Assembly: GCA_964460805.1 (NCBI GenBank)
Contig: CAYWPU010000003.1
Span: forward strand, 32,014 to 96,013
DNA: 64,000 nucleotides
Source of the DNA: an uncultured Candidatus Saccharibacteria bacterium
GTDB lineage: Bacteria > Patescibacteriota > Minisyncoccia > Phycocordibacterales > JACOZG01
Reading direction: 5' to 3'
The notes under the pieces were generated by a model. That model made no database searches. It was not told the origin of the DNA and saw only the letters and a list, made by a program, of their open reading frames with translations. Shown here in pieces: positions 36,170-44,420 of the stretch. Position 1 is the stretch's first letter. Each line of letters begins with the position of its first letter. Both the position numbers and the translations under genes were made by a program.

Positions 36170-37055
36170 TCCGCTCATCTCGCTTCCACCAGGTCATTTG
36201 CCGCTTGGCGTAGTGCCAGATCGCGTTTTCTAATTTTTCTGTCATCTCTGGCTTCGTCATTTTATTTTGCAAATAGAGCGCAACAAATCTGTATTCTAGT
36301 CCAAAATTCTCCAGCCTCTTCCAGCTCAGTTTATCTCGCTCGTGTAAGTTTTTCACTTCTGCAATCAAGCCGGACTTTAATCTCTTCTGCAATCTCGTTT
36401 TGATATTCTGTCTCAATTTTTCTTTTTCCAGTTTTAAGCCAATAAAAATTACATCATAATCTCGGGCCAAACTATGCCCTGATCCGTGTTGTAATTCTGG
36501 CACTTTGCCAAGCTTTCTCGCAATTTCTATCGCTCTGATTAGGCGCCTTTTGTTGTTCTGGTCTATATTTTCCGCTCTAGCTTGATCCAAATTACGCAAC
36601 ATCGCATAGAGTTGTGTTGCAGTTTTGTGTTCTAATTTGTGGCGTAATTTTGCGTCAGGCTTCACTTCCGGCAAAATTAGATTATCTACCACGGCTTGAA
36701 TATAGAATCCGGTGCCGCCGCAAATAATTGGCAATTTCCTCCTTTTGATAATTTCAGTAATTTTTTTATGCGCCAACTTTTGATACTGCGCGACTGAGAA
36801 TCCACCTACTTGCCGCACTTTGGGATTTGCGATGTCTAAGAGATGGTGCGGCACGCCATCCATTTCTTTTTTTGTAATTTTCCCTGAGCCGATATCTAGT
36901 CCACGATAAACCTGCCGCGAATCAGCGCTTACTACTTCGCCATCAAATTTTTTCGCCAGCTTCACCGCCAAGTCAGATTTGCCAGAAGCCGTTGGCCCGA
37001 GGAGGACTAAGACCAGGTTCCGTTTATGAGATTTTCTTTTTTCTGTCGAGTCCAT
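36108..37055 (-). CDS. miaA: tRNA dimethylallyltransferase
   Basis: P-loop LLGPTASGKSDLAVKLA, SADSRQVYRGLDIGSGK substrate motif. The start may be an internal TTG/GTG. Confidence 0.85.
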   Translation of the reverse strand: MDSTEKRKSHKRNLVLVLLGPTASGKSDLAVKLAKKFDGEVVSADSRQVYRGLDIGSGKITKKEMDGVPHHLLDIANPKVRQVGGFSVAQYQKLAHKKITEIIKRRKLPIICGGTGFYIQAVVDNLILPEVKPDAKLRHKLEHKTATQLYAMLRNLDQARAENIDQNNKRRLIRAIEIARKLGKVPELQHGSGHSLARDYDVIFIGLKLEKEKLRQNIKTRLQKRLKSGLIAEVKNLHERDKLSWKRLENFGLEYRFVALYLQNKMTKPEMTEKLENAIWHYAKRQMTWWKRDERINWLAPHAVLSYATRALAER

Positions 37056-37261
37056 TTCTTTATTTGTGCTTCGCGTTTTCTGGCTTCTGATTTGGTGATA
37101 AACGGTGGAGATGTATAGACCAAGACGAAAGGTCCCTGTTGTTTGGCCATAAGGGAACCTTTGCCAGCATTGTGATCACTTATCCTCTTGTCGGGATTAG
37201 TGGAAATGCCGACATAATAATTATTAGTCCTGGCTCTGGCAATATAGACAAACCAATTCAT
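37007..37261 (-). CDS. GIY-YIG nuclease family protein (UPF0213-like), second copy
   Basis: MNWFVYIARARTNNYYVGISTNPDKRISDHN shows the GIY...YIG pattern. Start is at the internal Met. Confidence 0.65.
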   Translation of the reverse strand: MNWFVYIARARTNNYYVGISTNPDKRISDHNAGKGSLMAKQQGPFVLVYTSPPFITKSEARKREAQIKKWTRQKKENLINGTWS

Positions 37262-37345
37262 GATTGGCCCTTCGACAAGCTCAGGGTACTTCGCCTCGCT
37301 CACTTGGTGGGTGTTTACACTGAGCGAGCGTAGCGAGTCGAAGTG

Positions 37346-37417
37346 TGCTCTCGGCAGGAATTGAACCTACATCGTCTCCTTCGGAGGGAGATATTCTATC
37401 CGTTGAACTACGAGAGC
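37346..37417 (-). tRNA. tRNA-Arg (anticodon CCG)
   Basis: Reverse complement GCTCTCGTAGTTCAACGGATAGAAT...loop CTCCGAA...GGTTCAATTCC...CGAGAGC. Confidence 0.8.
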
Positions 37418-37423
37418 TTGCTG

Positions 37424-37506
37424 TGCCGGAGGTGGGACTTGAACCCACAAGGGCTTGCGCCCGTACGATTTTGAGTCGTATGCGTATGCCATTCCGCCAC
37501 TCCGGC
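37424..37506 (-). tRNA. tRNA-Leu (anticodon CAA), long variable arm
   Basis: Reverse complement GCCGGAGTGGCGGAATGGCA...loop CTCAAAA...variable arm...GGGTTCAAGTCCC...CTCCGGC. Confidence 0.85.
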
Positions 37507-37578
37507 CTCGCTGAGAGCTTAGCACAGAAGGGTCTAATTTGAAATATCTAAAATATGCTAAAATAGGGCTAATAAAAC

Positions 37579-38526
37579 ATGAGCGAGACTTATAATAACG
37601 CCGTCTTCTGGATTGAAGTAGAGAAGATCAAGCCCAACCCCTTCCAGCCGCGGCATGAGTTTGACCCAGATAAACTGCGCGCGCTGGCTGATTCTATCAG
37701 GCAATACGGCGTGCTCCAGCCGCTGGTGGTAACGCGGCGGGAGTTCCAGCGCGAGGACGGCGGCATTGGCGTGGAGTATGAGCTGATTGCTGGCGAGCGG
37801 CGCTGGCGCGCTTCTAAAATTGCCGGCATCTCACAAGTACCGGCCGTGATCAAAGATGGCGAGCAGAGTGATAAATTGAAGCTGGAGATGGCGATCATTG
37901 AGAACCTGCAGCGCGAGGATCTCAATCCGGTAGACCGCGCACGGGCTTTCCGTCAACTTGTGGACGACTTCACGCTCACGCACGGCGAGGTGGCCAAGCG
38001 TGTGGGCAAGAGCCGCGAGTACGTCTCTAATTCTATTAGGCTGCTCGGTATGCCGGAGGAGATGATCGCGGCGCTGGTGGCAGGCAAGATCAGTGAGGGC
38101 CACTCTCGGCCAATCTTAATGCTCATAGATAGACCGGAAGAGCAGAAGACGCTGTTCCAGGAAATTATGACGAAAAGGCTGACCGTGCGCGAAACAGAAT
38201 CTATCGCGCGGCGCATCGCTTACGACAAAGTGCGGAAGAAGGAATATCTGGTTGACCCGCAGATTATAGAGCTGGAGCAAAAATTGACGGAAAAATTGGG
38301 GACGAGAGTGAAGGTGGATAGGAAGGAGGTGGGCGGCAAGGTGGTGATTGACTTCTTCTCTAATGATGATTTGGCTCAGATCCTCGCGCTCTTGAATCAG
38401 GAAGAGAATCAAACAGTAGCGCCGGAGCTAGAACAGGCGAGCTTGGAGGATAGCACTTCTACTATTGAGACTGCCGAGGAACCGGCAGACGAGGATTTGT
38501 ATAATATTAAGAATTTTTCTATTTAG
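37579..38526 (+). CDS. parB: ParB/Spo0J-family partition/nucleoid-binding protein
   Basis: ParB box LQPLVV..R and ELIAGERRWRAS motif, HTH region, and an acidic C-terminal tail. No parA is adjacent. Confidence 0.8.
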   Translation: MSETYNNAVFWIEVEKIKPNPFQPRHEFDPDKLRALADSIRQYGVLQPLVVTRREFQREDGGIGVEYELIAGERRWRASKIAGISQVPAVIKDGEQSDKLKLEMAIIENLQREDLNPVDRARAFRQLVDDFTLTHGEVAKRVGKSREYVSNSIRLLGMPEEMIAALVAGKISEGHSRPILMLIDRPEEQKTLFQEIMTKRLTVRETESIARRIAYDKVRKKEYLVDPQIIELEQKLTEKLGTRVKVDRKEVGGKVVIDFFSNDDLAQILALLNQEENQTVAPELEQASLEDSTSTIETAEEPADEDLYNIKNFSI

Positions 38527-39058
38527 ACGGCACAAAGTGATGCGGCAAGAGGAGCGCGACCAGGATTGCTAGCAAAACTAGAGCCAGGTAGCCGCTCATG
38601 ATCTCTGGATAGCTAAAGGGGATGCCGCGCCAAGCTCCCAATATCACTGCCGTGGCCCAAGAGGTTACGGACACCGCGCCGCTCGCTACCAAGAGCGAGC
38701 GGCGCCGCATAAATTCATCAGAAGAGGGGAAGTGTGAGCCAGCGTGGCGGCGGATGCGTGGCAGGTGCGAGAGATGGAAGAGTAAGCCATTTAGGATAAT
38801 CACTCCCACCACCGTCATTTTTGATAAAAACTTGGCCGAGGCGAGATAAGCAGCTGGGTCGCGGAGGAAGAGCGCCAGGCCGGAGATGAGCAAAATTGCT
38901 AAGCCGGTCCAGACCATCCGACTGCCTAGCCTGATGAACTTGGCCTCGGTGTGCGAGATCCGGCCATCGCGGACGGAACTCAGGAAGATCCAATCGCTCG
39001 CAAAGGCGCCGCCCGCGCCCAGGATCACGCCAAAGAGGTGGAGGGTCGTGAATAGCAT
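38519..39058 (-). CDS. hypothetical 4-TM membrane protein (179 aa)
   Basis: Hydrophobicity pattern only; no recognisable domain. Confidence 0.4.
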   Translation of the reverse strand: MLFTTLHLFGVILGAGGAFASDWIFLSSVRDGRISHTEAKFIRLGSRMVWTGLAILLISGLALFLRDPAAYLASAKFLSKMTVVGVIILNGLLFHLSHLPRIRRHAGSHFPSSDEFMRRRSLLVASGAVSVTSWATAVILGAWRGIPFSYPEIMSGYLALVLLAILVALLLPHHFVPSK

Positions 39059-39075
39059 TCTGCAATTCTAGCAGA

Positions 39076-41238
39076 TTATTTAAGCTTATGCGGATTGTGA
39101 TTGGGGCAGGCTTTGCTGGAGCATCTATTTGGAATCGTTTTTGTCCCCGCCATCATTAGCGCGCCGCACATGGTGCAGAGCTCGCCCGTTGGTTTAGTTT
39201 TGATGATATTTTTGCAGTCAGGGTAGTTGGAACAGCCGTAGAAGATGCCAAATCTACCCCTCTTTTCTCTCATTGTTCCCTTTTTGCAAGTTGGACACTC
39301 TACGCCAGTATCGCCAGCGGCCTCTTGAGCCGGATCTTTCTTAATAAACTTACACTTGGGGTAATTAGCACAGGCGATGAACTTGCCATAGCGGCCCTCG
39401 CGCTCTATCAGTTTGCCGCTTCCGCAATCAGGGCAGAGTTCGCCGGTTTCCTTTGGCCCTGCCAGCTCCTCGCCGTCTAGCTTGCGTGCGCCAGTGCACT
39501 CGGGGAAGCGCGCGCAGGAGTAGAATTTGCCAGACTTGCTTAATTTAATAATCATCTTATCGCCGCACTTGGGGCACTTGATCTCATCCGGCGCGTCGCC
39601 GAGATTGGTGATCTTGGGGATACTCTTCTTGGATTTAATCTCTTTAGTGAACGGCCCGTAAAAATTTTCCAAGGTTTTCACATATTCTTTTTTGCCAGCT
39701 GCGATCTCGTCCAGATCATCTTCCATCTCGCGGGTAAAGTCGTCTGAGATATAACTGGCAAAATATTGTTCTAAGAAAGCGCTGACTACTTCGCCCGTTT
39801 CTGTCGGCTTCAAGCTTCGCGCTTCTTTTTCCACGTAGCCTCTGTCTATGATTGTTTTAATAGTTGGCGCATAAGTACTCGGCCGGCCAATTCCTCTTTT
39901 TTCTAGTTCTTTCACCAAGCCAGCCTCGCTGTATCTCTTGGGCGGCTGGGTCTCTTTGCCGGTTGCTTCAATCTTTTGCAGGTCTAATTTCTCGCCCTCG
40001 CTAATTTTAGGCAGTTCTATATCTTCGCCCCGCGCCGCCGGGTCTGCCCTCAGCCAACCGTCAAAAGTGATCACCGAGCCAAGTGTCTTGAATTCTGGTA
40101 CAGCTTGTTCGTTGGCCTTGGCAATAATTTCTGTCTTCAAGATCTCGGCATCCTGCATCTGGCTTGCCACCGCGCGCGACCAGATCAGCCGGTACAACTT
40201 CTGCTCTTGCGGCGAGTTGCCAGCGGTGAGGTTGCTTGCGTGGCTGGGCCGGATCGCCTCGTGCGCCTCTTGGGCGTTTTTGCTTTTTGTCGCAAAGTTC
40301 TTGCTCGCCAAGTACTTCTCGCCAAATTGGCTCTGCACCACGCCAGCGATCTCGCCCAGCGCTTGCCTGGATAAATTAGTGCTGTCTGTGCGCATATAAG
40401 TGATGTGGCCGGCTTCATACAGCTTCTGCGCTAACCTCATAGTGATAGAAGGCGAGTAGCCCAAGCGCGAGCTGGCCGCTTGTTGCAGTGTGGAAGTGGT
40501 GAAAGGTGCGCGCGCCGCGCGCTTGGCTGGTGCTTGCTTCACGCTTGCCACCTGCCACCGACTTTCCCGGGCCAAGTTCACGATCTCATCTGCGCGCTCT
40601 TGCGTCTTTGGCTCTTCTGCGCAGGTAAAAGCTAGATCTTGCTTCCCCTCAGTCTTAAATATCGCCTCTATTGTCCAGAACTTTTCCGGAATAAACGCTC
40701 TGATTTCTCGCTCTCGCTCCACCAATATCCTCAGAGCCGGGGACTGCACGCGGCCGGCGGATAAGCCGTAGCGCAATTTTTGCCAGATTAGACCAGATAG
40801 ATCGTAGCCAAATAATCTATCCAGCACGCGCCGCGCCTCCTGCGCGGCGCGCAAATTCTCGTCTATCTTCCGCGGATGCGCCATCGCTTCCTGCACGGCT
40901 TCTCTGGTGATCTCATGGAACACAACCCGCTCCGGATTCTTCAGTTTAATCGCCTCTTTAATATGCCAGGCAATCGCTTCGCCTTCTCTGTCCGGATCAG
41001 TAGCGAGCAAGACTTGCTCGGCTTTTTTCGCCAGACTTTTCAATTCGCTCACCACCTTCTCTTTGCCCGGGCTCACCACATAGTGGGGGACAAAGCCGGC
41101 GGCAATATCAATCGCGTTCTTATTACTTTTCGGCAGATCACGAATATGTCCCACGCTCGCGCGCACGGTGTACTTGCCGTCAAGATATTTAGAAATAGTT
41201 TTCGCTTTCGCCGGCGACTCAACGATCAAAAGTTTCAT
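39076..41238 (-). CDS. topA: DNA topoisomerase I
   Basis: TOPRIM N-terminus MKLLIVESPAKAKTISKYL, active-site Tyr region, and multiple C-terminal C4 zinc ribbons. Confidence 0.9.
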   Translation of the reverse strand: MKLLIVESPAKAKTISKYLDGKYTVRASVGHIRDLPKSNKNAIDIAAGFVPHYVVSPGKEKVVSELKSLAKKAEQVLLATDPDREGEAIAWHIKEAIKLKNPERVVFHEITREAVQEAMAHPRKIDENLRAAQEARRVLDRLFGYDLSGLIWQKLRYGLSAGRVQSPALRILVEREREIRAFIPEKFWTIEAIFKTEGKQDLAFTCAEEPKTQERADEIVNLARESRWQVASVKQAPAKRAARAPFTTSTLQQAASSRLGYSPSITMRLAQKLYEAGHITYMRTDSTNLSRQALGEIAGVVQSQFGEKYLASKNFATKSKNAQEAHEAIRPSHASNLTAGNSPQEQKLYRLIWSRAVASQMQDAEILKTEIIAKANEQAVPEFKTLGSVITFDGWLRADPAARGEDIELPKISEGEKLDLQKIEATGKETQPPKRYSEAGLVKELEKRGIGRPSTYAPTIKTIIDRGYVEKEARSLKPTETGEVVSAFLEQYFASYISDDFTREMEDDLDEIAAGKKEYVKTLENFYGPFTKEIKSKKSIPKITNLGDAPDEIKCPKCGDKMIIKLSKSGKFYSCARFPECTGARKLDGEELAGPKETGELCPDCGSGKLIEREGRYGKFIACANYPKCKFIKKDPAQEAAGDTGVECPTCKKGTMREKRGRFGIFYGCSNYPDCKNIIKTKPTGELCTMCGALMMAGTKTIPNRCSSKACPNHNPHKLK

Positions 41239-41368
41239 GACGTGAATACATTAGTACTATTTATTACAAATATTTGCAAATTATAACTATGATAACCACC
41301 CACCCCCCCCTTGATTAAGGGGGGGTGCCCCGAGTGGTAACGAGGAGCGGGGGAGGTAAAATGTCCCA

Positions 41369-42235
41369 TTATCCCACCCGCAATTCTCCCATCATTTCTT
41401 TTATTATTCCTTTTATTTCCATCGTTGCGAGTAGCACGTTTGCTTCACTGATTGGCAGGTTTAAATTTCTGATCAACTCATCGCGCGGGAGCGGTTCTAT
41501 TTTGAGAATCTCATAAACTTTTTTCTCTGTCGCCGACAAATTTTGCAAATCCAATTTCTGCTGGCCGTTTTCGTCCGGCAAGTCAAAGCCGAGGGCGAGT
41601 AGCACATCGCGGCCACTGCAGACTGGCGCGGCGCCTTGTTTGATCAAATTATTAGTGCCGAGTGAGCCAGCAGAAAAGATAGAACCCGGGACAGCCAGCA
41701 CATCGCGGTTATAGTCTGTTGCCAATTTTGCCGTGATCAGCGTGCCGGATTTTTCTCCAGCTTCTATCACCAAGATCGCTTTAGACAAGCCAGCCATAAT
41801 CCTGTTTCTTCTCGGGAAAGTGTGCAGTCCAGCTGGATAATTTTCCGGGAACTCGCTCAAGAGCGCGCCGCCAGCTTCTATTATCTCATCAGCTAGCTTT
41901 CTATTAGAACTGGGATGCAAAACGCTCCTGCCCAAGCCGGAGCCGGGGATAGCGAGAGTGAGCAACCTGGCTTGCAGAGCTGATTTGTGCGCAATCGTGT
42001 CTATCCCCACGGCCAGGCCAGATACTATTACCACCGGATAGCCGGCTAGTTCTGCGATTATTTTCTCGCACGCCTCGCGGCCATAATTAGAATATTTTCT
42101 AGAGCCAACCACTGTGAGATAGATGCTCTCTGGCGGCGGTAATTCGCCTTCTAAGTATAATTTCTCTGGCGGGTCGTTTATTTCCCGCAAGAGAGCCGGG
42201 AACTGCTTTGGGGATAAAGTCCTGATTGCGCTCAT
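41369..42235 (-). CDS. dprA: DNA-processing protein DprA (Smf)
   Basis: Rossmann-like DprA core (VVGSRKYSNYG...IVSGLAVGIDTIAHKSAL...GALLSEFP). Confidence 0.8.
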   Translation of the reverse strand: MSAIRTLSPKQFPALLREINDPPEKLYLEGELPPPESIYLTVVGSRKYSNYGREACEKIIAELAGYPVVIVSGLAVGIDTIAHKSALQARLLTLAIPGSGLGRSVLHPSSNRKLADEIIEAGGALLSEFPENYPAGLHTFPRRNRIMAGLSKAILVIEAGEKSGTLITAKLATDYNRDVLAVPGSIFSAGSLGTNNLIKQGAAPVCSGRDVLLALGFDLPDENGQQKLDLQNLSATEKKVYEILKIEPLPRDELIRNLNLPISEANVLLATMEIKGIIKEMMGELRVG

Positions 42236-42304
42236 GCGTGAGACATTGTAACATTGGGGCAGGTTAGATCTCTAAAATCCACTCTTTTTTCTGGGAGGAA
42301 AGTT

Positions 42305-42706
42305 ATGAGTCGTGTCTTGGGTCGTGATCAAAAGACGGTCTACGTACACGTTTTTCGGGACAAAGTGGGAGAGTGCCGAGGGCGGGTACTGCATGTTTAC
42401 CACTTTTTGGTTGAGTCGCCCAATCGTTACATCAATGGCGAATGCGGAGACTATAATTCTCCGGAAGAGATGTTGGTGGCACTAAAGAGTGCTGTACGCA
42501 AAGCTGGTGAAGGTGGTTGGCCAGCAGAGCGGATCATTCTGTTTGGTACTCGTGGACACAACGGCTCGCTACATCCTGTAATTGAAGAGGTGTTCCCAGA
42601 CGCTGTTCCCCTGAGCCGCGAAGAGTTTGATATTGTGCTGGAGGCACTAGAGGCGTTAAGGGTGCCGGAGACCTTTCTGCCACAGCACTCTAGACTGTTT
42701 AGGTAG
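42305..42706 (+). CDS. hypothetical protein (about 133 aa)
   Basis: GGAGG Shine-Dalgarno 8 nt upstream of ATG 42305; no recognisable domain. Confidence 0.4.
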   Translation: MSRVLGRDQKTVYVHVFRDKVGECRGRVLHVYHFLVESPNRYINGECGDYNSPEEMLVALKSAVRKAGEGGWPAERIILFGTRGHNGSLHPVIEEVFPDAVPLSREEFDIVLEALEALRVPETFLPQHSRLFR

Positions 42707-42799
42707 TTTTTAAGTAGTTTGTTAGTTTGGGTTGATTGTTTACACCGCGCTCTCGTCTTACCCACGGGAGCGCTTTTTTGTTATAATGACGAGACAAAG

Positions 42800-44059
42800 A
42801 TGCTAGATATCAAGTTTATCAGGGAGAACGCTGATCTGATCCGAGAAGCCGCGCGCAAGAAGCGGATTGAGTTTAAAGTGGAGGATTTGCTAGAAGTAGA
42901 CGAGAAGCGGCTCAAACTGATGCAGGAGGTGGAAGCGCTTCGCTCTGAGCAAAACAAGCTTGGCGAGGAGATGGCCAGAGCGCGCACGCCAGAACTGGCG
43001 GAGAAGCTGAAAGATCTTAAAATTAAATTTAAGTCTGGGGAAGAAGAACTGCGGGAAGTGATGAAGACTTGGCAGAGCTTAATGCTACAAGTGCCAAACG
43101 TGCCGGATATCTCTGTTCCCGAGGGCAAAGACGATAGCGATAATCAAGAGATCAAAACTTGGGGCGAGAAAACTAAATTTGACTTTACGCCGCTGGATCA
43201 CATCACGCTGATGACCAAACTGAGGATGCTGGATCTGGAGCGCGGGACTAAAGTTGCCGGCTTCCGCGGCTATGTGCTCAAGAACGAGGGCGTAGCTCTC
43301 TCGCTGGCGATCTGGCAATTGGCGCTAGAGTTCTTTAGTGCGCGTGCTTTCACGCCAGTGATCGTGCCCTCGCTGGTCAAGAAGGAGAATCTCTTTGGCA
43401 CCGGCTTCTTGCCTCAAAGTGAAGAAGATTTATATAAAACCCAAGATGGCGAATACTTAGCCGGCACGGCGGAAGTGGCCACAATGGGACTGCACGCTGA
43501 CGAGATTTTAGAAAAAGCTAATTTACCAGTCAAATATCTCGCATTCTCGCCCTGTTTCCGTCGTGAGGCGGGGAGTCATAGCAAAGATGTGAAGGGTCTG
43601 ATCCGCGTGCACGAGTTCTATAAGTGGGAGCAAGTGATCCTGTGCGAGGCGAGCCATGAGCTCTCGGTGCAAGAGCACGAGCAGTTGAATAAAAATACTG
43701 AAGCGTTTATAGAATTATTGGGTATCCCGTATCGCACGGTGCTCAATTGCGGCGGCGACCTGGGTTTGGGTCAGGTTAAGAAGTACGACATTGAGCTCTG
43801 GGTGCCGCTGGAGCAGAAATATAGAGAAATCAGCTCAGCTTCTTATTTCCACGACTTCCAAGCTCGCCGGCTGGGTATCCGTTATCGCGAGGCTGACGGC
43901 AAGCTCAAGTACGCGCACTCACTTAATAGCACCGCCATCCCCACGCCGCGCATCTTGGTGTCGCTAGTAGAGAATTATCAGCAAGCCGACGGGAGTATCA
44001 AGATCCCAAGCGCTTTAAGCAAGTACCTTGGCTATGACACCATTGGTCCTGCCGTTTAG
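42800..44059 (+). CDS. serS: serine--tRNA ligase
   Basis: N-terminal coiled-coil arm (MLDIKFIRENADLIREAARKK...) and class II core motifs (FRREAGSHSKD..., GLIRVHEF). Start is at the internal ATG. Confidence 0.9.
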   Translation: MLDIKFIRENADLIREAARKKRIEFKVEDLLEVDEKRLKLMQEVEALRSEQNKLGEEMARARTPELAEKLKDLKIKFKSGEEELREVMKTWQSLMLQVPNVPDISVPEGKDDSDNQEIKTWGEKTKFDFTPLDHITLMTKLRMLDLERGTKVAGFRGYVLKNEGVALSLAIWQLALEFFSARAFTPVIVPSLVKKENLFGTGFLPQSEEDLYKTQDGEYLAGTAEVATMGLHADEILEKANLPVKYLAFSPCFRREAGSHSKDVKGLIRVHEFYKWEQVILCEASHELSVQEHEQLNKNTEAFIELLGIPYRTVLNCGGDLGLGQVKKYDIELWVPLEQKYREISSASYFHDFQARRLGIRYREADGKLKYAHSLNSTAIPTPRILVSLVENYQQADGSIKIPSALSKYLGYDTIGPAV

Positions 44060-44420
44060 CTACCTGCGCTGGCATTACTCACACGCCTGGGTGGAGCTCT
44101 GGGCTATTGAGCGCAACCTGATCTGGTTCCTGTATCACTTTTTCTCTATTCGTGTTTTGTCACGCACGCTCTTAGCTCCTTGGCGGCGCCTGGGTGAGAC
44201 TTATCCTGAGCGATTTAACGTGGCCGCCTATCTGAGTGTTTTTTTTATCAATAGCCTCATGCGCCTGGTTGGCTTGGTGGCTCGCTTGGCGGTCATTATG
44301 TTTGGCTATCTGGTTATGCTAGTTGCTTTATTAATTGGCTTTCTGATCTTCCTGATCTGGCTGACTCTGCCGCTATTATTAATTGCCGTGTTTGTCCTCG
44401 CCCTCAATCTTATCTTTTGA
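44028..44420 (+). CDS. small polytopic membrane protein, hypothetical
   Basis: Highly hydrophobic 130-aa ORF. Overlaps the serS 3' end and abuts the Clp-like gene. The real start is uncertain. Confidence 0.35.
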   Translation: MAMTPLVLPFSYLRWHYSHAWVELWAIERNLIWFLYHFFSIRVLSRTLLAPWRRLGETYPERFNVAAYLSVFFINSLMRLVGLVARLAVIMFGYLVMLVALLIGFLIFLIWLTLPLLLIAVFVLALNLIF

